DNA of 64,000 nt from Bdellovibrionales bacterium (GCA_027317865.1 DAHVQG010000003.1:96001-160000); one strand, 5' to 3'; shown: positions 17,767 through 27,814, numbered from the stretch's first letter. A program made the numbers and translations. Notes: generated by a model from the sequence alone, not told the origin.

Positions 17767-19785
17767 ATGGCAAAAAAACTAATCTGTCTGCTCGTTTGCA
17801 TGGCAATGATAGACGGGCAGATGGCATACGGCCTTCGGTTACGGTGGTGGAAGCGACGCGCGTCGACGGAATGCGCGTCTCTTTTGGCTCCTGATATTCG
17901 CGAACCGACGCTCAATCAGCAACAAGCGCTCGCGACGGTATTCAACGACGCTTCAAAACTCGTGGAGCAGATGGGTCAAACAAAAGACCCTCCAGCATGG
18001 TACCGTGTGCTTAAAGATTATATTCTCCCGTACCGGCAAACTAAATCTAATCAGTTGGCCGTTGCCTTGGTTGGCCCGGCTAATTCGGGCAAGTCAACTA
18101 TTATCAATTCGCTAGCGGCATATTTTCAAAGTCCGACCGACATATCAAGGTCTGGCTTTGCCGAGCTGTCGACTTCGCGACCTGTAATCTTAGTCAATCC
18201 GGCGTTAGAAAAATCGTCATTACTTACTAATCGATTTGGCCCGGTAGTTCCATGGCAAACTTTGATGATGACCTCACAGGAGGGTTTACCGGTTGTCTAT
18301 CCGCTTAAGAATTTTTATAAAAACTTGATTTTAATAGATGTTCCATCCTCCGACAGCGATCCGCTTCGAACAATTGCCGACAAAGCTGTGCGATGGGCCG
18401 ACATATTAGCGTACACCTTTACGTACACGAGCTATCGAAATGATATCAATTTGCAACAGCTTCGCGACACCTTTGCGCGAATTGGCCAAAAACCAGTAAT
18501 ATTAATTTACCGGGCTCCCGCATCGATGCCAAAGCGGGATGCGGACGCCCATTTTAAAACCGTCACGCAAGCGATGTTCCCGAACGCAACAATTAATCCA
18601 GATACGGGCTTACCAACATTGATAAAAGGCGTCTACATTCTTCTTGAATCGGACAAGGTTGGTGCAGGATACGCGATTCCTGTTCTTAAGCCATACGGAA
18701 AAGCGGGAAAGAAATTGTGGGATGTTTTGCAAAATTATGATTCTGCTCCGTTGCCGGCAAGGCGGCAGTCCCTTCAAAACAATTTTACGTTTGTGGTAAA
18801 CGGCATTAATAAGGACATTATTAATCTGCAGCGCGAACAAGCCGAGCGAAAAGTGACTGATGAAGCATTTCAGTTACTGATGAAAGCCTCAGTTGACCGC
18901 ATGCTCAATATGTTCCCATATGATCGATTGGCTTCGGATTTACAAGAAATTTGGATTGGGCGACATCAAGGTATACATCAGTGGGCGCGATGGTTGGCGC
19001 ATCCGTTGCAGATGGCTCGTGGGCACAAAACCGTCCTTGAAATCGGTGAAATTGACCGCGATCGTATTGAATATTTTTTGGACAGCGCAGTTGAACAAAT
19101 TGTGAACGCCACATCACTAGCGGCTTCGCGCCGAATGATGAAATTTCCTTTAAAACTAAAGGGCGTAGAGAGGCTTCTTAAGTCTGTAGACGAGATGCAC
19201 AAGCGCTTTGGAATACCTGAAAAGCAAACGCCAAATTATAAAATTAAAAATGAAACTGTGGAATTTTATTTACCTGATACTCCGAAAGTCAACTCAATGC
19301 TCAACAGTTATTTACATCAGGATTGGGACAACATAAAAGTAGAAATTAAGAAAGCAGCTCTCGAAACCGTACTTCGTCTGACTTATACGATTCAAGCAGA
19401 ATTAGATAGCGTTGTGGGTAGAACAAGAATGCGGCATCGGTTAAAAAAAATGTTCTATTCAGGAGGAGCAGTCGCCCCGGCGGTTTTTTTAACCTTTTAT
19501 ATATTTTTTAGCGGCGTCGCAAGTCTTAAGGCTTTATTCGGTGCCTTTGCGGTTATGGTGAATGCGAGAATTTTAACGTATTTCGATGAACGCACGCTAA
19601 AACAAGATTTGCGCGAAATGGTTGCCAATTGGTTTAACGAACGACAATCGCCGTTTTTCATTGATCAACTCAATCATTTTGCAAGATTTGATCCGAAATC
19701 CGAACACGTTCCAGCTCTAAAAGAGTTTGGCCGGCTCCGGGCGGCGACTCGGGTTTTGCGCGAACATCCACCACAATGGAATTGA
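17767..19785 (+). CDS. Dynamin-like P-loop GTPase with N-terminal signal-like sequence and C-terminal TM hairpin
   Basis: G1 VGPANSGKST, G2-like STSRP, G3-like LIDVPSSDS, ADIL.Y.FT..SY, a helical stalk, and two TM segments near the C-terminus. Confidence 0.72.
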   Translation: MAKKLICLLVCMAMIDGQMAYGLRLRWWKRRASTECASLLAPDIREPTLNQQQALATVFNDASKLVEQMGQTKDPPAWYRVLKDYILPYRQTKSNQLAVALVGPANSGKSTIINSLAAYFQSPTDISRSGFAELSTSRPVILVNPALEKSSLLTNRFGPVVPWQTLMMTSQEGLPVVYPLKNFYKNLILIDVPSSDSDPLRTIADKAVRWADILAYTFTYTSYRNDINLQQLRDTFARIGQKPVILIYRAPASMPKRDADAHFKTVTQAMFPNATINPDTGLPTLIKGVYILLESDKVGAGYAIPVLKPYGKAGKKLWDVLQNYDSAPLPARRQSLQNNFTFVVNGINKDIINLQREQAERKVTDEAFQLLMKASVDRMLNMFPYDRLASDLQEIWIGRHQGIHQWARWLAHPLQMARGHKTVLEIGEIDRDRIEYFLDSAVEQIVNATSLAASRRMMKFPLKLKGVERLLKSVDEMHKRFGIPEKQTPNYKIKNETVEFYLPDTPKVNSMLNSYLHQDWDNIKVEIKKAALETVLRLTYTIQAELDSVVGRTRMRHRLKKMFYSGGAVAPAVFLTFYIFFSGVASLKALFGAFAVMVNARILTYFDERTLKQDLREMVANWFNERQSPFFIDQLNHFARFDPKSEHVPALKEFGRLRAATRVLREHPPQWN

Positions 19786-19814
19786 GTTCTTCAGACTTTG
19801 AGCGCTTTGTCGCG

Positions 19815-20387
19815 CTACAAGTTCACAGGTATACTCAAACACGCGCCATACATTTTGCTAGTGACGTTTGCTGATAACGGGCCATTCGAGTCTTTGGTAT
19901 ATGTGGCGTCGATATATTCGAAATTGATCGCGATAAGCGGGACAAGGTGAAAGCCGATACCAATTTTATAATCTGTGCCGGAGTAAGTGTCTTCATAACC
20001 AACTCGCGTTTGTTTTAAGCTCGAAGCGATGCCGTAACCAAAGTACATTCGCATGAGTGGGCCGTCGTAACCGACAAATGCCCCAACCGACGTTGGCGTT
20101 TCGCTGTCGTTTGGAGAGTATTGATCCGTCCAAGACCCTGACATGGCATCGCCACCGAGCATGAATCCCATGGACTCAACTCCGACGCGGGCACCGTACG
20201 TCGCGCCGCTTTGGTGTGCGGAACATGTTGTACAATTTGAACTTTTGCTCCACTGCCCAGAATCGTATCCCACATAGGGCTCAAGTAAAAGACCGGCATG
20301 GGCCGTTTGCGAATTAAAAAATAGACCCAGCATTGCTACTGTGGCACAAATCGTTGCAATTAAAGGAGCCCTTCGCGTGCAATCCAT
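19815..20387 (-). CDS. Small outer-membrane beta-barrel protein
   Basis: Signal peptide ending AHA, then GLLLEPYVGY, alternating beta-strand pattern and terminal strand YGACLSIPVNL. Start uncertain. Confidence 0.75.
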   Translation of the reverse strand: MDCTRRAPLIATICATVAMLGLFFNSQTAHAGLLLEPYVGYDSGQWSKSSNCTTCSAHQSGATYGARVGVESMGFMLGGDAMSGSWTDQYSPNDSETPTSVGAFVGYDGPLMRMYFGYGIASSLKQTRVGYEDTYSGTDYKIGIGFHLVPLIAINFEYIDATYTKDSNGPLSANVTSKMYGACLSIPVNL

Positions 20388-21193
20388 GCATTAACTTTAG
20401 CAGGTAATCTCTTCTGAAGGGAAGGCTCCGTGCACAAAAAACTGCCGAGTTCGGCAAAATATTCGTCGATATCCGTCATTGAATAAATTGACGGAAAATG
20501 GTGCGCAATGGACCACTTTAAATCGAATGCAAAGGCCCTTTCAGGACTTAAGCCATACAGTTGGTTATATTGGTTAAATAACGAATAATACTCTTTTACC
20601 GTAATGGGACTAGGAGGGTCAGCAGGGTAACCGGACGCCGAATCCCAACCAAAACCCCAATTAAGCGCCTTTGCAAGCGAGGTCCAGAACGGCCGTGACT
20701 TGTCATCGTAATTTCGGGCGTAAGCGTATTGATGATAAAGTTCATGTATTAAGGCATGCACACCGACAGTCGTAGAATGAAATCGAAGCGGCCCCTCTGT
20801 GAAATAATCTTTGGCCAGATAAATAACGTAACCGTGGTATTGCGCCGAGGCGCCGAGCTCAGATGAACTGTCAACTAGCACCAAGCGAATTACATGCTGC
20901 TTTTTTGTCAGAAGCATATTCTGTAAAGGTGCAATATGTTGCGCTTTTGCGATTAATCGAAATTCTTTAAGGACGAACGCTTTCTTTTTTGGAGTCCAAT
21001 TGTAATAGGTAATTTCACCGGGCCCGTCGCAAAAGTTATTATTTTGCCAATGGCCGTTACAGTAAGCGGCATTTAAAAATTCGATCGGAAGGCGCCATCC
21101 AGGCACATAAGTAAGCGGTGTAGCGCGAGAAGCCTGCGAATATCCTATGAGACTCGTGGCGGCAAGTAGCAGAACACCTAAAAGAAATTTCAT
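20360..21193 (-). CDS. Secreted zinc metallopeptidase (HExxH, gluzincin-like)
   Basis: Signal peptide, LIHELYHQY and downstream YSMTDIDEYFAE third-ligand motif. Confidence 0.75.
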   Translation of the reverse strand: MKFLLGVLLLAATSLIGYSQASRATPLTYVPGWRLPIEFLNAAYCNGHWQNNNFCDGPGEITYYNWTPKKKAFVLKEFRLIAKAQHIAPLQNMLLTKKQHVIRLVLVDSSSELGASAQYHGYVIYLAKDYFTEGPLRFHSTTVGVHALIHELYHQYAYARNYDDKSRPFWTSLAKALNWGFGWDSASGYPADPPSPITVKEYYSLFNQYNQLYGLSPERAFAFDLKWSIAHHFPSIYSMTDIDEYFAELGSFLCTEPSLQKRLPAKVNAWIAREGLL

Positions 21194-21317
21194 TTGATCG
21201 CCCCCCATTACTATGGCCGAAAAATTCAGAAACGACAGGGAGGTTATTTACCCGATTAAGCTCAAAATGTCAGCGATCGCGGTCGGCATTGGTAAATATG
21301 ACAATTACAATTCAAAC

Positions 21318-21989
21318 CTAATTCGGTTCAACTCGTCGATATTTGGTGGGGATGATGCGCGGACCTTGTCGAAGGCCGCGGCCCTTGTACAGACCGTCGT
21401 TCATGCGTGGACGAATGTAAACATAGTAGAACAATATCCCGGTGATTGCCCCGCCGATATGGGCCGCGTGTGCAATTGGTATAAAATCGCCACCGTGTAT
21501 TTGCCAAATGAAACCCGCGACGTCTAAACCCATAAAAGCGAGAGCGCCGGGCAATGCAGGCACAGGAATCAAACCTAAAATGTAAAGCCGCCACCGCGGG
21601 TACATAAGGGCGAAAACGAGAACCACTCCCATGATGGCGCCCGACGCGCCCAGCGCGGCTAATTGGGGTTGATGTAACATAAAATTTGATGTCCACGCAA
21701 AAACGTATGAGCTAATTACTCCACAAACCAAAAAAACAGCCAGAAATAAAATCGGCCCCAAAACTTTTTCAAGTACGCGGCCAAAAGTGTAGAGAACGAA
21801 CATGTTAATGAGTATATGCCAAACGGCGATTTGAGAAAAAACGGCGGTGAGTAGCGTCCAGTAGCGGCCAGCTTCAAGCGTCTGCCAGCTCACCAGAAAA
21901 TTATGGATCATAAATGTGGAGTGACTGGCTTCAGTCATGTGCCACATGATAAAAACGACAACGTTAAGTGCGATCAATAAACGGGTCAT
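21318..21989 (-). CDS. Rhomboid-family intramembrane serine protease
   Basis: WTLLT..F, HILINM, GASGA and AHAAHIGG motifs. Confidence 0.93.
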   Translation of the reverse strand: MTRLLIALNVVVFIMWHMTEASHSTFMIHNFLVSWQTLEAGRYWTLLTAVFSQIAVWHILINMFVLYTFGRVLEKVLGPILFLAVFLVCGVISSYVFAWTSNFMLHQPQLAALGASGAIMGVVLVFALMYPRWRLYILGLIPVPALPGALAFMGLDVAGFIWQIHGGDFIPIAHAAHIGGAITGILFYYVYIRPRMNDGLYKGRGLRQGPRIIPTKYRRVEPN

Positions 21990-22089
21990 AATTTACCGCT
22001 CCGATCCCGTGAGCCTATGCCTTCTTACAGCGGTCAGCAAGCAGCAAAAAATTGTTGAATCTACTGACATGTTGCCGATAATGGGGCCT

Positions 22090-23214
22090 ATGATTATTTC
22101 GTCTATTCAATTCGATGCTGATGCCCTTGAATCTATGGTCGGCGGTCAAACCTTTTTGGATGTCGATCACCTATCGATTCAGAGTCGTGAACAAGGCAAA
22201 GCATTTTTTAAAGCTTACGGTTACGACGTCGACAGCGAAGACGATTTAAATAGACTATGGGCTTACCACCGAAAGGCGGTCACATACGTACAAGACGAAT
22301 TGCTTTTGCCGGACGAGCGCGTGCCGGTTACTTTGAGCGACCCAAAAGAGCTTGGCGACATTGTCAATATTTTGATTATGGCGTCGACAAAAAGCGGTGA
22401 ACTTCAAAGATGGGCAAACGCCATTTTAAAGGTCATGCATATTTTCGTTCACCTTGAAAACGATTTGTTCGCGCAGTTTTCCACTGAAATTCAAGATCAA
22501 ATTTTAAACCCCATTCAAAGTCACATTCATGAAGATCCGGTTATAGGTACGACATTGGGGCCGGCAATGGGGCCGCGCTCGATTGTGTTGAAGAAATTTG
22601 AAGTGAAACCGTTTAAAGCAACTGCGTCGTCGGTAACGAAGCTCTTGGCGAAGCGCGAGTTGGTGGCATTCAGTCTGCTTGATAAAATCGGCGTGCGCAT
22701 TGTAACCAAATATATGTTCGATGTGTTTCGCGTCCTTCGTTATTTTGTCGACCAAAACATCGTGAGCGTTGCGCATAACATTCCCGATCAAGCCAACAAT
22801 ACGCTTTACCCCCTCAACCTTTTTCTCGAAACGATGGAGGCATTGGACCGCGACGGTGAATATACTCCTGAGCAAATGGATAAACTGTTGCTGGAGCGAT
22901 TGCAGAAAAATGCGGATCGAGCCCGTTATTTTGAAAAAATAAATGCGTTTTCAAGCCACGATTTTCGATTTGTAAAATTCATCACGCGGCGGCTGGTTCG
23001 TATCGAAAACACGGTGACGCAAAAGAACGATAGTTCGACGAACCGTGCGCAACTGAGCTTTTTTTATCCCTACGAGGTTCAAATCGTTGACTATGAAACG
23101 TATTTAAAAAATACCACGGGCGCGGCTTCGCACGAGTTGTACAAGAAACGGCAAGTTGAGAAGGCCCGTGAGCGGATTTTGGGTGCAATTAATCAAAAGA
23201 ATTCGAAGAATTGA
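22090..23214 (+). CDS. TIGR04552-like protein (RelA/SpoT-type nucleotidyltransferase motifs)
   Basis: K...S.VTKLL, DKIGVRIVT, KFITR, FFYPYEVQI and SH..YK.RQ motifs; family call from recall. Confidence 0.7.
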   Translation: MIISSIQFDADALESMVGGQTFLDVDHLSIQSREQGKAFFKAYGYDVDSEDDLNRLWAYHRKAVTYVQDELLLPDERVPVTLSDPKELGDIVNILIMASTKSGELQRWANAILKVMHIFVHLENDLFAQFSTEIQDQILNPIQSHIHEDPVIGTTLGPAMGPRSIVLKKFEVKPFKATASSVTKLLAKRELVAFSLLDKIGVRIVTKYMFDVFRVLRYFVDQNIVSVAHNIPDQANNTLYPLNLFLETMEALDRDGEYTPEQMDKLLLERLQKNADRARYFEKINAFSSHDFRFVKFITRRLVRIENTVTQKNDSSTNRAQLSFFYPYEVQIVDYETYLKNTTGAASHELYKKRQVEKARERILGAINQKNSKN

Positions 23215-23216
23215 TA

Positions 23217-23948
23217 ATGAAGTTAATTTTTATAGTCAGGTCAATTATTGCGAGCGGTATTTTTATTCTAGCGACGGTCGTTTACGGCGGCCTCGTGATT
23301 GTTTTAGCGGGTCTAACAGGTAATCCAAAAGTTATTGATATTCTATCGTGGCTCTGGGGGCGTACGACGGAATTAGCGTTTAACTTGCACGTGCATCGTG
23401 AAGGCGATGAGAACCTCCCGAAAGAAGGGTGCCTATTTATTTTCAATCACACCAGCCACTTTGATATTATTACGATTTACGGGCAGTTAAAAAAGAGCGC
23501 CCGCTTTGGAGCAAAAATCGAATTGTTTAAAATCCCGTTGTTCGGCCGAATTTTGCGTTCGACCGGAATGCTGCCTATCGCGCGTTCAAATCGCGAAGGT
23601 GTTTTGAAATTGTATGAAGATTCCATCGTGCGGGTTCGAAACGGCGAAAGCTTTTTACTTGCTGCCGAAGGCACGCGGCAAACGTCGCCGGGTGTGGGGG
23701 CAAAATTCAAGTCAGGCCCGTTTATCTTTGCGATCAACGGACAGTTCCCTATTGTTCCCGTCGTATTGAAGGGTGCAACAGAATGTCTGCCGAAGGGCCA
23801 GCTTCTTGCCTGTACGGACCGCTGGCGTCACGATATAAAGTTAAAATTTCTTCCGCCGATTTCAACAGTTGGCCTAACGCTTGACGATCGAGCGCGATTG
23901 CAAGAAGAGACGCGAGACCTTATGGCGAAGGCCTATGAAGAGATGTGA
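23217..23948 (+). CDS. plsC: 1-acyl-sn-glycerol-3-phosphate acyltransferase
   Basis: NHTSHFD (HX4D), AKIELF.IP, EGTR and FKSGPF motifs. Confidence 0.88.
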   Translation: MKLIFIVRSIIASGIFILATVVYGGLVIVLAGLTGNPKVIDILSWLWGRTTELAFNLHVHREGDENLPKEGCLFIFNHTSHFDIITIYGQLKKSARFGAKIELFKIPLFGRILRSTGMLPIARSNREGVLKLYEDSIVRVRNGESFLLAAEGTRQTSPGVGAKFKSGPFIFAINGQFPIVPVVLKGATECLPKGQLLACTDRWRHDIKLKFLPPISTVGLTLDDRARLQEETRDLMAKAYEEM

Positions 23949-23987
23949 ATTAATCCGTTTTGACCGGGTCATAAACATAAAGTAAAC

Positions 23988-26900
23988 TTGTCAATTATGC
24001 CATATAAACCCCTGCGCCCGATTCGCGTCGTGACGGCGGCATCCTTGTTCGACGGCCATGATGCCAGCATCAATATCATGCGCCGGATTTTGCAAGATAT
24101 GGGTGCGGAGGTGATTCATCTTGGGCACAACCGCTCGGTACATGAGGTAGTGAACGCGGTTTTACAAGAAGGCGCGCAAGGAGTGGCCATTAGCTCCTAC
24201 CAAGGTGGCCACATGGAATATTTTAAATACATGAAAGATTTGTTGCGCGAAGCCGGCGCGCCGTACGTGAAAATTTATGGTGGTGGCGGCGGCGTAATCG
24301 TGCACGAAGAGAAGCTCGCACTTGAACAATACGGCATCGATCAAATATTTCACCCGGATGACGGCCGTCGGTTGGGCCTTGAAGGGATGATCGAAGTGAT
24401 CGTGCGGGGTTGCGATTACGATTTGGTGAACGCGGCGAAAACAGCGGGTACGATGAGTACCGAATCGGTCCGACGCCGTAAAAATCAGAATAAATTGCTA
24501 CCCAATCGCAATGTCGGACTTTTTGTCACCGCGATTGAAGAATCAACGGTTACGCCGAAAAGCGCGAACTCCGGCCATGGCAGCGCCAAGGCAAATTCGA
24601 TCGATTATTTTCGCGAGCAATTGTCGAGCTTTCGGCGCCCGACTGAAAAATCCGCGCCACTCGTGTTGGGAGTCACGGGTACCGGCGGAGCGGGTAAATC
24701 AAGTTTAGTTGATGAATTGATTCAACGATTTTTAAATGTTTTTTCAGATATAAAAATCGGCGTTGTTTGCGTCGATCCGTCGAAACAAAAAACCGGCGGT
24801 GGGTTGCTCGGCGACCGGATCCGGATGAATTCGCTCAGTCGCGAGGGGGTTTACATGCGTTCTATGGCAACGCGCGGATCAGGCCGCGAGATTGCCGTTG
24901 CGTTGCCGCCCGTACTCGACGCGCTGAAAGAACTCGATTTTGATTTGCTTATCGCCGAAACTTCGGGGATTGGCCAGGGCAGCTCGGCAATTCTCGACGT
25001 TTCGGATCTGAGTCTCTACGTAATGACCGCCGAGTTTGGAGCGCAATCGCAACTTGAAAAAATCGACATGATCGATTACGCCGATTTTATCGCAATTAAC
25101 AAAGCTGATCGCCGTGGCGCCGAAGATGCTCATCGGGACGTTGCGAAGCAGTACCGACGCTCCCGCAAACTGTTTAACAATGATAATCCGATGCCCATTT
25201 TTCTCACGCAAGCGTCAAATTTTAACGATCGGGGGGTGAACGCCCTGTTTTCGGCCTTGTGCGCGAAGTTGAACCGGCCAATCGATGATCATTCGCGTGT
25301 CCGCCTTCGGGATACAGAAAAGCAGTCGATTGTTCCAGTCGACCGGCAAAACTATTTGGCGGAAATTGTCTCGACCGTTCGCAAATACAAAGCCGATGTT
25401 GAAGAAAAAGCGCAAGCAGCGAGCGAAATTGCGGCACTTCGCACGGTGGGTAAATTGGATTCGAATTTAGACGCCGAAACGCAAGCCATTACAAATAAAG
25501 CGCATGCGCAAAAAGAACACGAGCTGAAGCAAGTGTTTCGAGAGAGCGAATGGCGTGAACTCGAAGCGTTCGACAAATTACGTGAACAATATTCGGGCGA
25601 CGAATTGAGTTACCGTGTGCGCGGGCGCGAAGTAAAACAAAAATTAACGAAGACTTCGTTAAGCGGCTTGAAATTCCCCAAGGTGTTAGTGCCTAATATG
25701 AACGATTGGGGCGACCGATATCGCTATCTTGCGCTCGAGAACGTGCCCGGCAAATTTCCGTTTACGGCGGGCGTGTTCCCTCTCAAGCGTGTTGAAGAAG
25801 AGCCGATCCGCATGTTCGCCGGTGAAGGCCCGGCCGAGCGAACAAACAAGCGGTTTCATTTTCTTTCAAAAGATTTACCAGTGAAACGGCTTTCAACTGC
25901 GTTTGACAGCGTGACTCTTTACGGATTTGATCCGGATTTACGGCCCGATATTTACGGCAAAGTCGGTGAAAGTGGCGTCAGTATTTCGACGTTGGACGAC
26001 ATGAAGCGCCTCTATAACGGCTTTGATTTATGCGATTCGAAAACGTCGGTGTCTATGACGATCAACGGGCCGGCTCCGATGATACTCGCGTTTTTCATGA
26101 ATACGGCGATTGATCAACAGGTAGAAAAAAAAGAACGGGATCTCGGGCGAAAGCTTTCAAGCGGCGAACGCGACGAAGTGGTAAAGGCGACGCTGTCAAC
26201 AGTTCGCGGAACGGTTCAGGCCGATATTCTCAAAGAAGATCAAGGGCAAAACACATGTATTTTCTCGATCGATTTCGCGCTTAAAATGATGGGCGACGTT
26301 GAAGCGTATTTTATCGATCACAATGTGCGCAATTTCTATTCGGTATCAATTTCTGGTTATCACATTGCCGAGGCGGGTGCGAACCCAATTTCGCAACTCG
26401 CATTTACGCTGGCGAATGCTTTTACGTACGTCGAGTACTACCGGGCACGCGGGCTCAATGTCGACGACTTTGCACCCAATCTGTCGTTCTTTTTCAGTAA
26501 CGGTCTCGACCCCGAGTACAACGTGATTGGTCGTGTTGCGCGAAGAATTTGGGCGATTGCGATGCGCGATTTATACAAAGGCAACGAGCGGTCGCAAAAG
26601 CTGAAATACCACATTCAAACCTCGGGGCGGTCACTGCACGCTCAAGAAATTTCGTTTAACGACATTCGGACAACGCTTCAAGCGCTGATAGCGGTGAATG
26701 ATAATTGTAATTCGCTCCACACCAACGCATTTGATGAAGCCATAACGACACCCACAGAGCAATCGGTTCGGCGTGCACAAGCGATTCAAATGATTATCAA
26801 TCGTGAATTCGGCCAGACACAAAATGAAAACCCAATGCAGGGCAGCTACTTTACGGAATGGCTCACGAACGCCGTTGAAGAAGCTGTTCTTGATGAATTT

Positions 26901-27314
26901 TCGCGCCTCAACGCTCGTGGAGGCGTTCTCGGTGCAATGGAAACTCAGTATCAGCGCGGCAAAATTCAAGACGAGTCACTTTACTACGAAACTTTGAAAC
27001 ATTCGGGGGCCTTGCCCATAATCGGAGTGAATACGTTTATTGACCCCAAAACGCTGGCGGACGATTTCGCTCCGCCAAAAATTGAGCTGGCGCGGGCGAC
27101 TAAAGTAGAAAAGGATTTATGTTTAAAACGCACCGAAGAGTACAAGCGCAGCCACTCCACTGAGGCGATTCGTGAATTGAGGTTATTGAAAGAGGCGGCG
27201 CTCAGTGGCGAGAATATTTTTGCCGCGCTCATGACCGCGTCGCGCGTCTGCACGCTTCACCAGATGACCGAAGCGCTATTCGAAGTGGGCGGCCAGTACC
27301 GACGGAATGTTTGA
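23988..27314 (+). CDS. icmF: Fused isobutyryl-CoA mutase / MeaB-like GTPase chaperone
   Basis: N-terminal B12-binding FDGHDASIN, GTPase GTGGAGKSS and NKAD, mutase RMFAGEG, RLSTAFDSVT and HIQTSGRSLHAQE; 1108 aa. Confidence 0.95.
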   Translation: MSIMPYKPLRPIRVVTAASLFDGHDASINIMRRILQDMGAEVIHLGHNRSVHEVVNAVLQEGAQGVAISSYQGGHMEYFKYMKDLLREAGAPYVKIYGGGGGVIVHEEKLALEQYGIDQIFHPDDGRRLGLEGMIEVIVRGCDYDLVNAAKTAGTMSTESVRRRKNQNKLLPNRNVGLFVTAIEESTVTPKSANSGHGSAKANSIDYFREQLSSFRRPTEKSAPLVLGVTGTGGAGKSSLVDELIQRFLNVFSDIKIGVVCVDPSKQKTGGGLLGDRIRMNSLSREGVYMRSMATRGSGREIAVALPPVLDALKELDFDLLIAETSGIGQGSSAILDVSDLSLYVMTAEFGAQSQLEKIDMIDYADFIAINKADRRGAEDAHRDVAKQYRRSRKLFNNDNPMPIFLTQASNFNDRGVNALFSALCAKLNRPIDDHSRVRLRDTEKQSIVPVDRQNYLAEIVSTVRKYKADVEEKAQAASEIAALRTVGKLDSNLDAETQAITNKAHAQKEHELKQVFRESEWRELEAFDKLREQYSGDELSYRVRGREVKQKLTKTSLSGLKFPKVLVPNMNDWGDRYRYLALENVPGKFPFTAGVFPLKRVEEEPIRMFAGEGPAERTNKRFHFLSKDLPVKRLSTAFDSVTLYGFDPDLRPDIYGKVGESGVSISTLDDMKRLYNGFDLCDSKTSVSMTINGPAPMILAFFMNTAIDQQVEKKERDLGRKLSSGERDEVVKATLSTVRGTVQADILKEDQGQNTCIFSIDFALKMMGDVEAYFIDHNVRNFYSVSISGYHIAEAGANPISQLAFTLANAFTYVEYYRARGLNVDDFAPNLSFFFSNGLDPEYNVIGRVARRIWAIAMRDLYKGNERSQKLKYHIQTSGRSLHAQEISFNDIRTTLQALIAVNDNCNSLHTNAFDEAITTPTEQSVRRAQAIQMIINREFGQTQNENPMQGSYFTEWLTNAVEEAVLDEFSRLNARGGVLGAMETQYQRGKIQDESLYYETLKHSGALPIIGVNTFIDPKTLADDFAPPKIELARATKVEKDLCLKRTEEYKRSHSTEAIRELRLLKEAALSGENIFAALMTASRVCTLHQMTEALFEVGGQYRRNV

Positions 27315-27765
27315 GTCAATACAAGCCATGAAATTTGAAATTAGAAATATCGAATACGGATCCTCTGAATATAAGTCCGAAATTCTTTTGCGCGACAAAG
27401 TTCTTCGAAAACCGTTGGGTCTTCACTTTACCAACGAAGATTTAGAAAAAGAATGCGGAGACATACACATGGGGGCCTTTGCTGGGTCACAATTGTTTGG
27501 CTGCGTACTTCTGAGACCCATCTCGAAACAGACAGTAAAAATGCGCCAGGTTGCTGTTGACGGCACCGTACAAAGAACTGGAATCGGCAGCGAACTGGTG
27601 GCGGCCTGTGAGCGCAAAGCGCTTGAACTTGGATATTCAGAAATCGAACTGAGCGCCCGCGATGTTGCCGTACCGTTTTACTTGAAATGTGGATATGAAA
27701 TTTTTGGTGAGCCGTTTACGGAAGTAACCATTCCTCATCGAAAGATGCGTAAGAAGCTTTGCTAA
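27307..27765 (+). CDS. GNAT-family N-acetyltransferase
   Basis: RQVAV...QRTGIG acetyl-CoA motif and AVPFY.KCGY. Confidence 0.9.
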   Translation: MFESIQAMKFEIRNIEYGSSEYKSEILLRDKVLRKPLGLHFTNEDLEKECGDIHMGAFAGSQLFGCVLLRPISKQTVKMRQVAVDGTVQRTGIGSELVAACERKALELGYSEIELSARDVAVPFYLKCGYEIFGEPFTEVTIPHRKMRKKLC

Positions 27766-27769
27766 ATAG

Positions 27770-27792
27770 CGGGGCCAGCCAAGCTGACCCCG
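27770..27792 (-). terminator. Putative intrinsic terminator hairpin between convergent genes
   Basis: CGGGGCCAGC-CAA-GCTGACCCCG; fully paired with one G-U on the minus strand, followed by a short U-rich run. Confidence 0.5.
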
Positions 27793-27814
27793 TCACCAGT
27801 TGTCATTTTATTAG

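Noticed and set aside
12599-21193. Prophage or mobile-element origin of the accessory block
   Set aside because: No integrase, transposase, phage structural gene, tRNA or flanking direct repeat was seen.
21213-21696. ORFs overlapping the rhomboid gene
   Set aside because: They are antisense or alternative-frame shadows of a gene with clear catalytic motifs.
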